DNA from: Lytechinus pictus
Taxonomy: Eukaryota
Assembly (NCBI RefSeq): GCF_037042905.1
Contig: NC_087245.1
Coordinates: forward strand, 21,454,001-21,518,000
DNA: 64,000 bases
Reading direction: 5' to 3'
The position numbers were made by a program, and so were the translations under genes. Shown in pieces: positions 50,690-64,000 of this stretch. A model generated the notes under the pieces. It had not been told where the DNA came from. It ran no database searches and saw nothing but the letters and a program-made list of their open reading frames with translations. Positions within the stretch are counted from its first letter, which is position 1; every line of letters starts with the position of its first letter.

Positions 50690-53274
50690 CTATACACACA
50701 CACACACACACACACACACTATTCTAGGTTACATACGTTGAATCATGATAGTGTCGTAGCTAAAACCGGTGTTTTATTCCCAATATAATGTGAATAGGAC
50801 TGTATTCCCTTTATTTTGTCCATTGGATCGACCTGACTTTGAATGACCTGAAACCTCTCTTCAGTCAACCAACTAAATAGAGTTCGTGGCTAGCGGGGAA
50901 ATGCATGTCAACGCTCCCCGTAATGAGACCTTAAACTAAATACCACCAGGAAACTCATCGATAAGTTGGCAATCAATCGAACGGCCTTAATTAAAACCAA
51001 ACTACACTACACCAAGCTACATTTGCATAAATTGGACGAGGGACATTTTCTGTATAGGCTAGAAGAGAAGCATGTATAGTATACCAATAACATTGTTTTA
51101 GACGGTTATGTAACGTCACGGCCATCACTAATTCGGGAATGATTATAAATCACATCGATCTCTTCTTAGCTTGTGTAAACATCGCTCCATAATAGGCATC
51201 GATATGAACTTATTATAACAAACACAATTAAAATGGCTACTGCCTTTTGGAGGGGAAAACAATCTGCATATGTAGACCCTTTATTTCATAAGAGAATGAA
51301 TTTCTAGTAAAGTTTGAAACCAAGCAACAGTTTTCACGTTGCTAAAAGTAAAGGTTGTTATCCAGTCGTAAATGATATACATGTACATCTAGATAAACTC
51401 AAGCCTTCACAGCCAAATTCCCTTCTTTATAATAATGAAACTTGTATATTCTCTTACTAAAAGCCAGCAAATGTAAAACAGAGACTAGTCTAGACGGGTT
51501 TAACTTGGCGTACATGCTACACACAAGTCGCCCGAGGTACTAGTGGTATATTATAGACCGGTATGACGTCATACTAGTGTTTTGCAATCTACCATTGATA
51601 AGCATCGAGCATCGCTTGCACGGGTTCACAGTCCTACGAGAGTCTAGAATCCCCGCTATGTACAGAATGCTCCGTGCCACAGGGCACCCGTTCTCCAACA
51701 GATACTTTACCGCCGTTTGCTACATTTGGCGTAATTTTACTGCTTTAACACTAGGTAAAAGGGCGGATTTAAAGTGTGTTCATAAACATATGAAAATTTG
51801 CTTTTAATGTTTGCCAGGGGCAAAGTAAAGAAGAGTCACCCATATTTTGTAAACATGTCTTTCTTGATCAGATTGAACATCACTCAAATCTTCGAAAACT
51901 TATACGACAACAAAGCAATAAAAATTGAAATCAAACGCAAAAAGGGGAAAGCATGTTCATAAGATTTGCCAGAGCAAAGACTTTATAATTTTAAATCATC
52001 AAGCCAAATCAAAAAATGCTTTTCAATCTCACCTGTTATTGCAAATGCAATCTTTCCAGAAGTTGCTAATAATTTTGTCCTCGATATGAGTATTGAATTA
52101 CGGGAGGCAACAAAGGCGGAAACAAATAAATAAACTCAGATTTGGAGTGCTGTGTGTGTGTGTTTGTGTGTGTGTGTGGGAGGGGGGTTGGTATTGAAGA
52201 GGGAGGCGTATCTGTGGGGGGGGGGGTGGTATTGAATAGGGCTGCGTATTTGTGCCTGGAGAGAAAGAGGAAGAAAGGGAGGGAGACAGGTGGAATAAAA
52301 GTATACATACGAATACATTGACTGAATACAAGAAGATGTTTCTGAAACAAATCATAATTTGAAGGCAGACAATTAAAGGGGAATGAAAAGATGAGGTAAC
52401 AGAGAGAAACAAAGAGGGAGAAAGTGAGAAGGGGAGAGAGAAGGAGAGAGAGAGAAGCAGAGGGAGGGAAGAGAGAAGATGGAGATAGGTGGGGAGAATA
52501 ACGCATCGGTCACCTATCTCCATTACACTCTATAAAGTGATACCAGCATCAATAAATAGGTTACTCGTATCACTTTTCATCAAAGTCTGTACCATCATAT
52601 AACCTCCTAATTGATTGTCATTTCTGGGCCAGCAGCAGTCCTTATGTCTTACACACTACAGATTCCTCGAAGAAAGACAGTCATACAGAAGCGACAGACA
52701 GCGTAAATTGTATACATTCAATCAAATTCCGTCATCTTATTTCGCTTCATATAAACGTAAATCAATTAGTGCTCTGCCAAAGTGCGATACACATTTTGAT
52801 ACATTTTTTTAAAAAGTGGTTGTCGTTTTATCCTTGGTTGTCGAAAGTGGTAAAAAGATGAGAAAGTTCGTCTTTCTCTGTTTGGAGGAAGAAAGTGATG
52901 TATGAAAAGTCCAGCATGACGTTGATACAAGGTGTGTGAGATTGAAGTCTGCTAGTCCTCCAACGACAATTTGAGAGAGGGTCTTAACAAATACTTTTAA
53001 CTGTCGGTTTAATCCCCAACCTTTCCGGCAAAGGGGTTACGTTTCATGATGCTTGTCATTCTTGACGCCATTATCATTAGTATATCATGGATGATAATCC
53101 CAATTACTTACTACTTTTACTCTTCAATCGTCCTATTGTTTTGTGACAGCGTTTGAATTTTTCAGGTCACAGAAATTTCAAGTAAGAAGATTAATTTTTA
53201 TCTAACAAAATAAATAACTCCAAATGAATAACTTCATCGTAAATTTAAAACCATTACATTTTCTATAATGATTA

Positions 53275-53612
53275 TAAATCATCAATATTAGTTTCATTGG
53301 CATCAAAATGTTGTTCTAGAAATCTAAGTAATAGTAAGCACGCTATTGATGCAAAGTTTAAATATCGTATTTGGACGAAATGGCCATGAACAGCATAACA
53401 AATATTTTCATCAAAGAATTTAATAATTTGTAAATTTTAAATCATTATCGCTTCGATCAAGATTTCAAACCATTAATATTGATTTCAGTGACATCCAGAT
53501 CTTGTTCTGTTGAAAATCAAGTAAAAGAAATTGTTTTTTCTGCCAATTCAAAAACATTGTTTGTGGTCAAATTGACCATGAACATAATAAATCTTCTCGT
53601 CAAAGAGTTAAT
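53275..53612. repeat. Old tandem duplication, period about 190 bp
   Basis: cat.aatatt..tttca.tg.catc...ttgttct...aagtaa...aaat.g.ccatgaaca...tcaaaga.ttaata occurs twice. Confidence 0.5.
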
Positions 53613-55884
53613 ACATTGTTGAAGGGTCCGAGAGGAAAGGCCTAGTCCTACAGGATCTAAAACATGTCACCTCGATTATATGGTAAATCTAGAAGAGTGA
53701 CATGACGTTTAATACAGACTAATTGCCGCTCCGTGGCGTAATAATTACATCAAGTGATCAGGGTGGATTATAGAAATCCGGGCGGCGCCTTGAATATAAC
53801 CCGATTATTAAACCGTTAATCTCAGATTTGGAAGAAGTAAAAGTGCAACCCAGGAGTACTTCAAACGGTTCGTTCTACTCACCATGTTTACGAATGCCTA
53901 TAGTTTGTTTCCACATCATACACACTAATAATGACTAATATGTTATTTGGTTTTGTCAGTAGTTGTAGAAATAGAAGATGTAGATCTATGTTGAAAATGC
54001 CTTGGATTAAAGAAAACGAACAATTCTAGACTAGCTCTTCGACTGATATCAATTGGATGCTCACATTAGAACACACATCTTGTCGCTTCAAATTTTAGGG
54101 GTTTGGATTTCGCCTAGAATGCAGTTCCCTGGAAAACGAACAGATCGTTTTGGTTTTCAATATCCAAACTAATCAATTGATTGATAACAGAATAAAGTAT
54201 CTCGGAACTACTTTTTGTTCCTTACTTTGATATCATATTTAATTGGACAATCAGTTTCGAGTGCCATTTTATCATCTGATTATTCACCGTTGATTTTTCC
54301 CTTTAATATCAGTTTTAATCTTCAACCCATCTTCGTTTTGCAAGCCATGGTAAACCAATATATATCATAAGTGTAACTAATCTTAGATTATTCATAACTA
54401 TTCTTGACTAATAAAGAAGAGTAAGATAAAATAATTTCTGATATGATTTTAAGTCTTCTGACTTCGGACCGTCTATTAAATCCCTTTAAAGTAAACCTTC
54501 ATTCGTTTCGTATATAGATTGGGAACATTATGCATAGAATTCTACTCGGTCTGCATATTCACTTATGGGTGTCATGGTATTGCACTTTATATCCAAGTAA
54601 AAAAATGCTTGCTATACTACTATCACGACCTGTGTTGTTAGAGAGATTCCGACGTTATAACCGGATATGACACTGCTCATTCACTCCAAGTATAATATAA
54701 TGCAGGAGCGGAACGAAGACCAGTACAACTGGATTTGTGGGAGAAGGGGGGATTCAGGACGATGAAATCTCGTCGAAGCAGAAACGCTTGTAAGTTTGGT
54801 TGGAGTGCATTTTTTGCAGTCTAACGTTTAAAAGGATAAATCAATTTCTTTACTAAAAAAAATACATGAACGAGACAAGGTCATTAGACTGTTTTAACGC
54901 TAGGCCTATTTACCTTTACATCGACCACCAGGCCTATACGAACTGAGGCAAGTATATGGGCTGGACTAGAGCACATTTTCCTTTCATGGATGTAGGCATA
55001 TAATATGTTTAGAATAGAAAGTACCACAGCGATCCCATTTTTACCACAATACCAGAATTATAATTTGGCACCAATACCAATTATATTTCTAAATTTCATA
55101 GTCTTGGTTGAAGCTTTAACGTCAATAGAAAATATCCTCCATTCAAATTTATCCGCTATACTGCAGGCACATGGATTGTGTAAGGAAATATGTGCTGGAC
55201 AGCGTGTGTGCGTGCGTGGGGTGTATCAAAACTAAATTCCATACGTAGTCTACTATGTCCTCATAGTCATCATTTTTCTAAACACCGGAATATGAAATGA
55301 ACTTCACAAGCAAGCTTTCCATTTATAATCTATCAAGTTCAATACATTTAAAGTAACTCTATTGGTACAAGGGGTGCGCGTTTTACCCCCAGACCACTCC
55401 TTAAATTGGCGCCACGGAAACATATTCCCCCCTCAACACTCAAGGCCTAATTGCGTCAAGATGAGTTTTTGTCTAATTACGCACGTGTTAAGATCGTTAG
55501 TTTCCGTCGAGATTTTGTTGTGGCGCTGCATCATGTTATACACTGACTCACTTATCTTAGCCGTGTAGGATTATGATACAAGGGTATGTTATGGAATGTA
55601 CAGAGGTAGTTTGACATCGCATACTTGTTGACAATTATGTTCATCAATCAGTCGGTACTGAACCAAATCTCAAATGTTGTTCTAAAATGATGTATGAATG
55701 ATATTATCTAAAATGATGAAAATTGTTTGCATTGGACTGTTTAACATGTCATACACTCATAAAACTTTGTATCTTCGTTAATGTCTCATTGGGGGGAACT
55801 TTGATGCTGGTCTGAAATGTACAAATTTGCACCTATTGTGACATTGGTTTGCAGCTTTAAATGTGCCAAAATGGACATATATTT

Positions 55885-55885
<1 letters not shown>

Positions 55886-55918
<33 letters not shown>

Positions 55919-56120
55919 TGACTTATAAAGCGCCAAATCTACTCTGTAGAGTGCTCAAGGCGCATAAAGAGCTAAGAGTTAAATAAACAAGTTTTTAGAA
56001 GATTTTTGAAAGTTTCGACAGAGGTACATTTTTTATGTCTTCAGGAAGGCTATTCCACAAAGTGGGGCATGCAAAAGCGAATGTGGATGAGCGCAAAGAC
56101 CTGCTTGGTCTGTAGTTATT
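55886..56120 (-). mobile_element. 5'-truncated L2/CR1-group LINE 3' end
   Basis: Minus strand encodes NYRPSRSLRSS/TFAFACPTLWNSLPEDIK-(frameshift)-CTSVETFKNLLKTCLF, typical of the ORF2 C-terminus, followed by a gcgcc...ggcgc stem-loop, tttataag and an (ATT)n tail. Confidence 0.85.
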
Positions 56121-57378
56121 GATAAATGATAAATAAATGATAAATAAAATTATTAGGGTGTGTAATGTTGTTTTAGTTTTTAATTGTTTGATGAAGTAGC
56201 TTTCATTCAGTTAAAGTCAAGTACAATATTTGTATAATTTGGAGGGGCAAACATAGGTCCTATGATTTTATGGATCAGTTAGAAAAAAAATCTTTTTTTT
56301 TTTCATTTTAATGTATGATTTGATTCCCACGTTACCTACGTATGTTTTTTTCTTATCAAAGGGGGTTTCCATTAAAAAAAGACAAATCTTACACCTGCAC
56401 TTAGAATAAAATGCACCCATCAGTGGCTTATACTGATCGTACTGAATTTTGACGAAGCCTGGAATCACAAAATTGCCTTTACTTCCCCGAGCGTTGCGTT
56501 ACAGATGATCTCTTGAAGAGCACTTGTAAAGGAAACCAATGAAATTCTGGGTTAATCCCAACAGCAAACGATAGTCACATAAAGAGTAATTTGTACTTTG
56601 GTATGACTACTGTCCGTATCTAATTTGGCAGAAGTGAATAATGAATTGTCTTCTAATGCAATCATTCTACCCTGCATTTTTTTTAACGTCGGGGCTGTTT
56701 TTGAATACTTACCAAAGTACACCATCATCTTTCTAGATTCGTGTTATTATGGTTGTGAACGAGATGTGAGAGAACACTGTAGTCCAATTTTACTTTGCTA
56801 CCCCTCTCTCTTTCTTTCCTCTCCATCTCTTAAATATTGTCTCTACCTCCCTGTCTCCCCTTCACTCAAAAGCAATTTAGTCCAATTTTAACAGATATGC
56901 CTTAGCAGAGAGACACTTAATACATTCAAAAATGTAATTAATACATTTTTAGTTAAAAAAAATAACAAGAACTCTCGTCAAACTTCAGACTTTTTTATTC
57001 ATTTTTTCAACATCGAGAGTATATTCTCTTTTATTAGGACCTTTTCATTTCGAGTATGAATCTAATTTTACTTAGGATGTTTTTATAGGGTAGATAGTTT
57101 TGTTGCGTTTTGAATTTGTTTTATTTCTACATTTACATGTATTCAACTTACAACACTCAAATTAATAAGATACTAGACGCACATCAGAATTATGACTGAG
57201 AAAATAAAAGGACAATACAATGAAGCGTAAAACTTCGAGTAGTATTATAAAGAATACTGGGTAAATTAAATTTGGAACTTGAACTTGGAATGAATCTTCA
57301 CCTGAATGATGAGCTGACGTAATGATGAAACGAATACAAATATGTGACGTATCTAGTGAATAAGTCTAGACAATCCAG

Positions 57379-57549
57379 GGTGGTGTTTCATAGAGGTGTT
57401 CGTAAAGTTACGCATAACTTTACGAACGGCTGGAACATGTTCTAATACATAAGTAAGCCACATAGGGATATATCATATAGCACAAGAAATGGTCACCAGT
57501 CGCGCGTAAAGTCGTTCGTAACTTACGAACAGCTTTATGAAACGAGCCC
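57379..57549. mobile_element. Harbinger-type MITE with CpGs retained
   Basis: CAG|ggtggtgtttcata ... tatgaaacgagccc|CAG; internal inverted gttcgtaa motifs. Confidence 0.8.
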
Positions 57550-58461
57550 CAGGTGTTCATAGAAAACAAACGAAACATTTTGCATGGAGACATTGATAAG
57601 CCCTTCGAGATATGTCATGTTTAGAAATAGAATGTTGTTTAATTACATTGATAGCAAACTGAAACGTGACACACACCCACTCACCTGTATTAGATAGATA
57701 CTAGTACACTGATATCAACAATAAATTGGGACCACATGAACCGCGGGGAGGGGAGTTGGGGGCTTGAGGAGAGGGAGGGGGGAGCTTGGTGAGTGGGAGG
57801 GTGGGGGTGATGGTTAGAAGGTAACAGAAGGTGTATGTAGGCATGATAAGAATTGAGAATTCCTCGTGAAACGTAACTTTAAAGTAAACTAAATTTCAAG
57901 TGGATCAAACTTAAAGAGCGATATATTTCGTGACAGTTCACATTGATGTATTATTAACGGACAGATCGTTTAAAAGAAAATGGGACAATTATTTCTGAGT
58001 TTGGCAGTATAATGCATGCGATGATATTGACGCAAGAGAAAGTCTACGTTTATTGCATAGTATTGAAATATTGTCTGAAGTGCACCGTGCGCTCAATGTT
58101 GCAAAACAAAAAAATTGTGGAATGTCGATTGAGTTGCAAAACTCATGGGTCAGTTTATTGACTCAGCTATTGACGCAGCTGAATGGCACATTACATTCAC
58201 GGTATCCATAAACCGTCTCTACATTGTGTGATTACCCATACATTCTGTATTCATTGTAGATGCTACGTAATGAATTTAGGTAATTAATGTACTCCGAGTC
58301 CAATAGGGCAAGGCTAAAAGAGATCGATAGAGTAATATCCGGATTAAATAGTCCTGGGAATTACTTCAATAAAATATTAAACCCGAAAACAATAGGTATA
58401 CTAGATTACGACACGTGTCTAACTTGTTCACTCCAGTTTCATTCATTTTTGTAGTTACTTT

Positions 58462-58463
<2 letters not shown>

Positions 58464-58511
<48 letters not shown>

Positions 58512-58520
58512 ATAATAACA
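58464..58520. repeat. (TA)n followed by (AAT)n microsatellite
   Basis: Seen directly. Confidence 0.95.
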
Positions 58521-59495
58521 ACAAGAATAGAAATAATCATTATAAAATAATAATTCAAATAAAATTATTTAGATTATTTAATATCTTCCTACCCTCTCTC
58601 GTTTATATACATTCTTACCCCCACCTTTCGCCTTTTCTTGGCATGTCTATTTCCTCACTTTTATCCCCCCCCCTTTTTTTCTCCCTCTCCCTCTCTCTCT
58701 CAGGGGTATACACATCCTTGGTCACATGATGCATTGAGAAACGTATATGACCAGACATAACACGCAGCTGGTCTCCTAACTGGACAAGACTGTGTACTAG
58801 CCACCCGCACCTGTTTCGCCTTTACACCGCTGGCCGATTATGAAGGGGGATGGTTGAAATGAACTGGTATCAATGGGTGATTGGTGAGTGGAGGCTTTCA
58901 ATAATACATATTTTATTGGTCCATGATGAATAAAATTCAAAGGCTGAGGAGTGTTGTGTCATTCCAATATCCTATTTTAAATCATTTTCTCTATGTCCCC
59001 TCTATCCCCCACTCACTTTCTATTGCTCTATCCCTCTCCCTTTCTTTTCTTCTCGTTTCTTTTCTCTATCTTTTACCTATTCTCTCAAGCAATTTCTGAA
59101 ACTTGATCTTTATCTCACATCCCCGATGCATGCTTACCTCAAATTCTAGTAATGCGTACAATGTAATAAATAAATAAATTCTTGAGCTTAAAATCACGTA
59201 TTTTAATCGGCCTATTGTATTTGCAAATTTCAACTTTCTCATCGTTACTGTACATCTCAGTCTCTATATCGCATATGTGTTTTGAATATTATGAACTGGA
59301 CAACTCAATTCCCTTTTCTCCCGACCCCCTTTCCCTTCTTTCACTCTTACCCGAAGAGAAGCGGGTAAGAAAAGTAGGTTAGGGGAGACGATACACCATC
59401 TCTCCGTAAAATAATAATAACAATGATATGGTAATGATTTATATTGATATTTCACCTGGCAATCAACACTTTGCAATAATGATGACCGTGTTCTA

Positions 59496-59628
59496 GGTCC
59501 GGTTTCATGAATAATAAATGGACATTTTCTGTAACAAGTTTACAATCAGCCAATCAAACTAATGATTTCAGTAGCTTTAAACTGTTACAGCAAAATTGTT
59601 ATTATAACAGGTTTTATGAAACAGGTCC
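59496..59628. mobile_element. Short Harbinger-type MITE
   Basis: ggtccggtttcat ... atgaaacaggtcc. Confidence 0.6.
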
Positions 59629-62600
59629 CGGGAGTGTAAAACCAGGAGAGGTTTCAAATGCCATTAACTCTTAATCTTAACACCAATGGTGATATTTGTT
59701 CCCAGTTTGAATTTACAATTATTTACTTCATGAAAAATGAATTTATGTAGTATAAATAAAAATAAAGGGGATGTAAAAGTCAAAGTAAAAAAGAAAGTAA
59801 ATGGTCTAAAGAATAAAGAGGAAGTAAAATTAAAGAGTAAAAATATAACTAAAGGTATATAGGTAACTGTAAGTACAAGTTTAATTATAAGTTTAACTAA
59901 AATAGTGGATAGTTAGAACCATTACGTAATTAATGTTTCATTTTAGTGGAAAGTATATACAAAATCAATTTAACATGTTTACATCTACTCAAGATCATAG
60001 TCAGAAAAATTCACATTTATGAAAAAAAAATAATCTGGTGTACTTTTAAGGCGCCATTTAATGAGCGAATAGATGCCGTCTGACCTTGAAAGCACAAATA
60101 ATATTTTTCTTACATGTAGGCCTATGCTTTAATTACCATTTTTGGCGATCACTCAAAGATTGTCTATAAAGTCATCTTCTCAGAATATGTGAGATGTAAA
60201 TCGCAAAATCTCGATCTATTTTAGTTATCAGAAATATTCTAATGGGAATTATAGTGCTTTTAGAAATTCTGACCTATTTTTTATTTTTTTTTATTTAGCT
60301 GTCAGATCATTTTCACCTCCTGGCGATGCTTTCCAGGTACGCCACTGACATGTGGAATGGGATAATAAACCGATGAAGTTGAATCTTGAATGCATCATAT
60401 TTCCCTTTAAGACATACATGGAGTATAGGCTATGCTCTATGGAGTATCCTAGCAATCTCATGCCAGGTTATCACAGCGGGTATAATGACTGATCGGGGAG
60501 ATGTAATTATTTTGTGTTGATGTTCCTCTGCCAAGCTAGACAGCTCGACGCATCATATTGTGCCATTCACTATAACAGATCTCGACGAAGGTCTGCAGCG
60601 GTAGCAGCGTGAATGAAGTTCTGTCAGAAATGTTGGGTAAAATCTGTCGTTAAAAGTTCTTAAAAGACCTATCTGAGAAAGACCCTTGTTTTTTTTCTTG
60701 CTGATCAAGCTATAGCCTTAGAAACACATCACAATGGCCATACTCTACAACTCTTTTTTTTTGTTGTATACGAGAAGCGGGTTTGCCTATCAAACAATCT
60801 TGGCATGTTAACGAGATCTATTTATGTGCAAGGTGTGAAGGAACAAATGAATGAATGATTTGGGGGAAGTTTAAAGACTTATTTGTTAGCATGTCAAAGC
60901 TAGCCTTCGTAGACAGGACAGGCTTTCCTCCCAATCAAAATCCGGATTACCAAGCGTTTGTATTTCAATGAAGAAAGGTGAAGTATAAAAGTTGTAAAAG
61001 AAAAACAAACAACAAACACAAGAACTAAGAAGTAGACGATAAAGAAGAAACAGTGCATAAAAAGGGGGAGGAGGAATATGGCAAACAGGAAAAAGAATTA
61101 AAAGAGGAAGACTATTGATATAACAAATGATGGAGATTGAGAAGGGAGGATAAGAGGATGAAGAACAAAATGAATAAAAACAAAAAAGGAATAAGGAAGA
61201 GGAGGAGAATATATAAATTGAAAAGGAGAAGAGAGGGAGACACAGAGGGGAAAAGAAGAAAGCTAGGAAGAGGAAAATGAATTGCCAAAAGCTCGATACA
61301 TTAAAACATTTGATATAAAGATTAATGCACTTATAACAATGTATGCTTGGATGCTTGAGAAAAACAAAATTAAAATGAATAGTTTAATATCTACCCTGGA
61401 TTACTACCTGCATGAGCTTTTGACAGATTTTAAAATTTTAAAGATTAATAGAGACTCGTGAAATATTTGAATACTAACTCTTATTAATGTAATTAAAGAA
61501 TACAATTTTAGCTATAAGCTGTTCTTCTTGCGGGTTTTCATTACCAATAATCATCACCAATCGCTCTTCGTGATGGACCTTGCGCCAGAACATGATTCAG
61601 ATAATTTAATAAAGAACATCTTTGGTATAACTCGACAAAGAACTGCGAGCCACATTCACATACTCGAATAAAAAGGGCAATTGTACTTAAATAGTCTTAA
61701 TAGTAAAAAAAATTGTCTACATACCAATATCTTATAATGCGTTATACACAATATGAAACAAAGTGAAAGTGAAATTCCCCTAAACTGAAGATTATCTTTT
61801 GAAACGAGTTGAAGATGGAATATAGGGTCAAAATGATTTTGAACACTCTTAGCAATGAATTTTAAACTTGATCAGTACTCTGGCTTGTGAAGTTTATTAA
61901 ATCAATATGTAAACTTAAACGTTACGGTCATACTTAATCATGACATAGTATATTAGGTGTGCCTCGGGTCTGTGATATCATATTAGTTATATGGGAGAGA
62001 ATATGGGAGCAAGAAACAGGGATGAGGAGAGAGAAAGAGAGGGAGACTTGGAGAAAATAAATGGCAATAAAATCATGGAGCAAATTTCCCCAAGATGTCA
62101 GACCAATGATAAAGTTTGAAGATTCGAATATGTCTAAAATACCTTTTAATACCCTTTTTAAAGTAACTAGCTATCATTATCTATTAGAATTTAGACTTTT
62201 CCTATAGTACTAAGCGTTTCTAAGAACTGAATGATGTTATTGATAACTTAATTTTGTAGTCTCAATCAAATAACATCAAAGTAACCAAATACGTATGGAT
62301 GCATACGTGCTCCTGATAAAGACGTAGGGAACGTCGAAAACTATGAATAAACAAATGATTGGCAAAAACATTAATTTTCGATTTTGTTTTATTATCATCA
62401 TAAGAGAGAAAGAGAGAACAAGAAGTGTATGCATGTGAAGACTTGGTAGCGAGGTAATAAAATACAAAGAAAATAAAAATGCTAAGAAACCGTTAGTTTT
62501 TCTACATTCCAAGGAATGGGCGCCAAGACACTGACCCCAAGTGATGTTCAATCACACAGAGATAGTTGAACCTAGAGATTTGTGGTGGAGAGCATTTCGG

Positions 62601-62975
62601 AGTTGATGGCATTAAGTAATTGCGAGGGATAAAAAAAACCAGTGTAGTAACATTAAGACACGTCCGCCAGATCGAGACCCGGAATGCCACTCATTAATTT
62701 AATGTGTACAACTATGACGTAAAACAGAGCGGCGAGAAGATACCCAACTCAAATGGGGGACATTGAGTTTAAGCGACTGAATTGCCTGATTTATAAGATT
62801 CACTACACCCAGTCGTTACCGGAGAATGAAATTTGGGGGAATTGCGTTCCTTGTCAGTGTTGTCGATTGGTTCTGATGTCTCAGCATTGAACAAGAAAGC
62901 GACGCGACCGGTCACGAACCACGTCATTCACCCACGCACATTAACTCTGTGTCTTAAAGGCCGTCTTTGGTTTTG

Positions 62976-63144
62976 GGGAGCGTTTTATCAACATTTGTCG
63001 TCTGAGAAATTGTCAGATCTGACAACTTTCCTTGATATAGATTGGATGAGAATGACGGGTGTTGTGACTGATACTGTGATAATTATCGTATATTCGGACT
63101 TCGTGGATAAAATATCCTGTGATTTCTTGTCATGAAACGCGCCC
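62976..63144. mobile_element. Harbinger-type MITE (family of 18645-18800)
   Basis: gggagcgttttat ... atgaaacgcgccc; flanks TTG / CTG. Confidence 0.75.
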
Positions 63145-64000
63145 CTGGCAAATCTAAAGAATGAATAGTCATGTCAGATTACATGATATGATATAATTTT
63201 GGACATTATGTGTGAAAAATGTCACCTAAAAGTAATGAAACATATAGGACATTGCTCCAATTAACGTATAAAAAATATCGGATCCGATAATTTGATTCAC
63301 TTTTCTTTTTGGTCAAGGGGGTTTGAATAGAGAACTTCTTGTTCAGAAAAATGGCGTTGATTCTATATTAAAAAAATATTTTCATTATTGGCTTGGGCTT
63401 TTATATTTAATTGTTTCATATCTTTTTCTGACGCTTACGTGTATTGTAAACGATACTCTTTTTTATATTTATGATTGCTTTTAGATAATTGCACATCTTT
63501 CCTTAGACTTACCGTTTTTTTCAATAGCATTTATTTAATCATCTGTACATACATTTCACATTTACATAAAAAACATCAAGCATAATCAAATAATACATAC
63601 GAAAGACGATACAAAGATTTACCAGTAAAGTTTTTGTTCATTCCTAACCTCCTACGCAATTCTGATATAAATAAAAACGTCAAATCTGTTTATTGTCTAC
63701 TTTCTTGAAATTTACGTAACAAAATTGATTTATACACAGTCCAAAAAGCTATATTAATGATATCATCTAATTCTTTGTACTCGTTATCTTTTCTCAAAAG
63801 ATCGACATCAATAATAACATGTTTATTAAAGACTTTTTTTTAATCAACCAAATTATATATGACCCAAGACTTTTGATATGTGATCAAAGCATTATAATGT
63901 CGTATTATACATGGCAACTATTACAATTTGCATCCTCACTTAAACGCCATTTACAAAAGGTCTTTTTTCACAGGCAATAAATTATACAGTATTTTAGACT

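Noticed and set aside
52662..52702. Possible + strand exon (IPRRKTVIQKRQT)
   Set aside because: Weak pyrimidine tract and donor, and no recognisable protein similarity.

Overview
AT-rich, intron-rich eukaryotic genomic DNA from a marine invertebrate; the repeat content suggests a sea urchin or other echinoderm, which is an inference. No prokaryotic features are present. Left 22 kb: a + strand multi-exon gene, reconstructed by hand with phase-consistent GT-AG junctions (ATG 439 to TGA 21612, about 636-648 aa). It encodes a coiled-coil protein resembling FLACC1/ALS2CR12, and its 3' UTR may run to about 26.75 kb. A convergent - strand gene (exons 35285-35178, 32968-32684, 31986-31751; signal-peptide exon not found) encodes a Ly6/uPAR three-finger protein with a C-terminal GPI-type tail. 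It has one 12-Cys domain and a second, N-terminally truncated 8-Cys domain whose disulfide pairing may be rewired. The rest is intronic or intergenic and is full of non-autonomous elements: hAT, PIF/Harbinger, Kolobok, piggyBac and CACT-terminal MITEs, a Helentron-type element carrying tandem DR1+DR4 nuclear-receptor motifs, an L2 3' end, an 87-bp minisatellite and microsatellites. CpG appears depleted left of about 27 kb and retained to the right, which suggests germline gene-body methylation. A third gene on the + strand is only weakly suggested (44.8-58.9 kb). I found no convincing wholly new system. The best leads are the Ly6 domain architecture, the DR1/DR4-carrying element and the methylation boundary. 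All homology calls are from memory, not from database searches.
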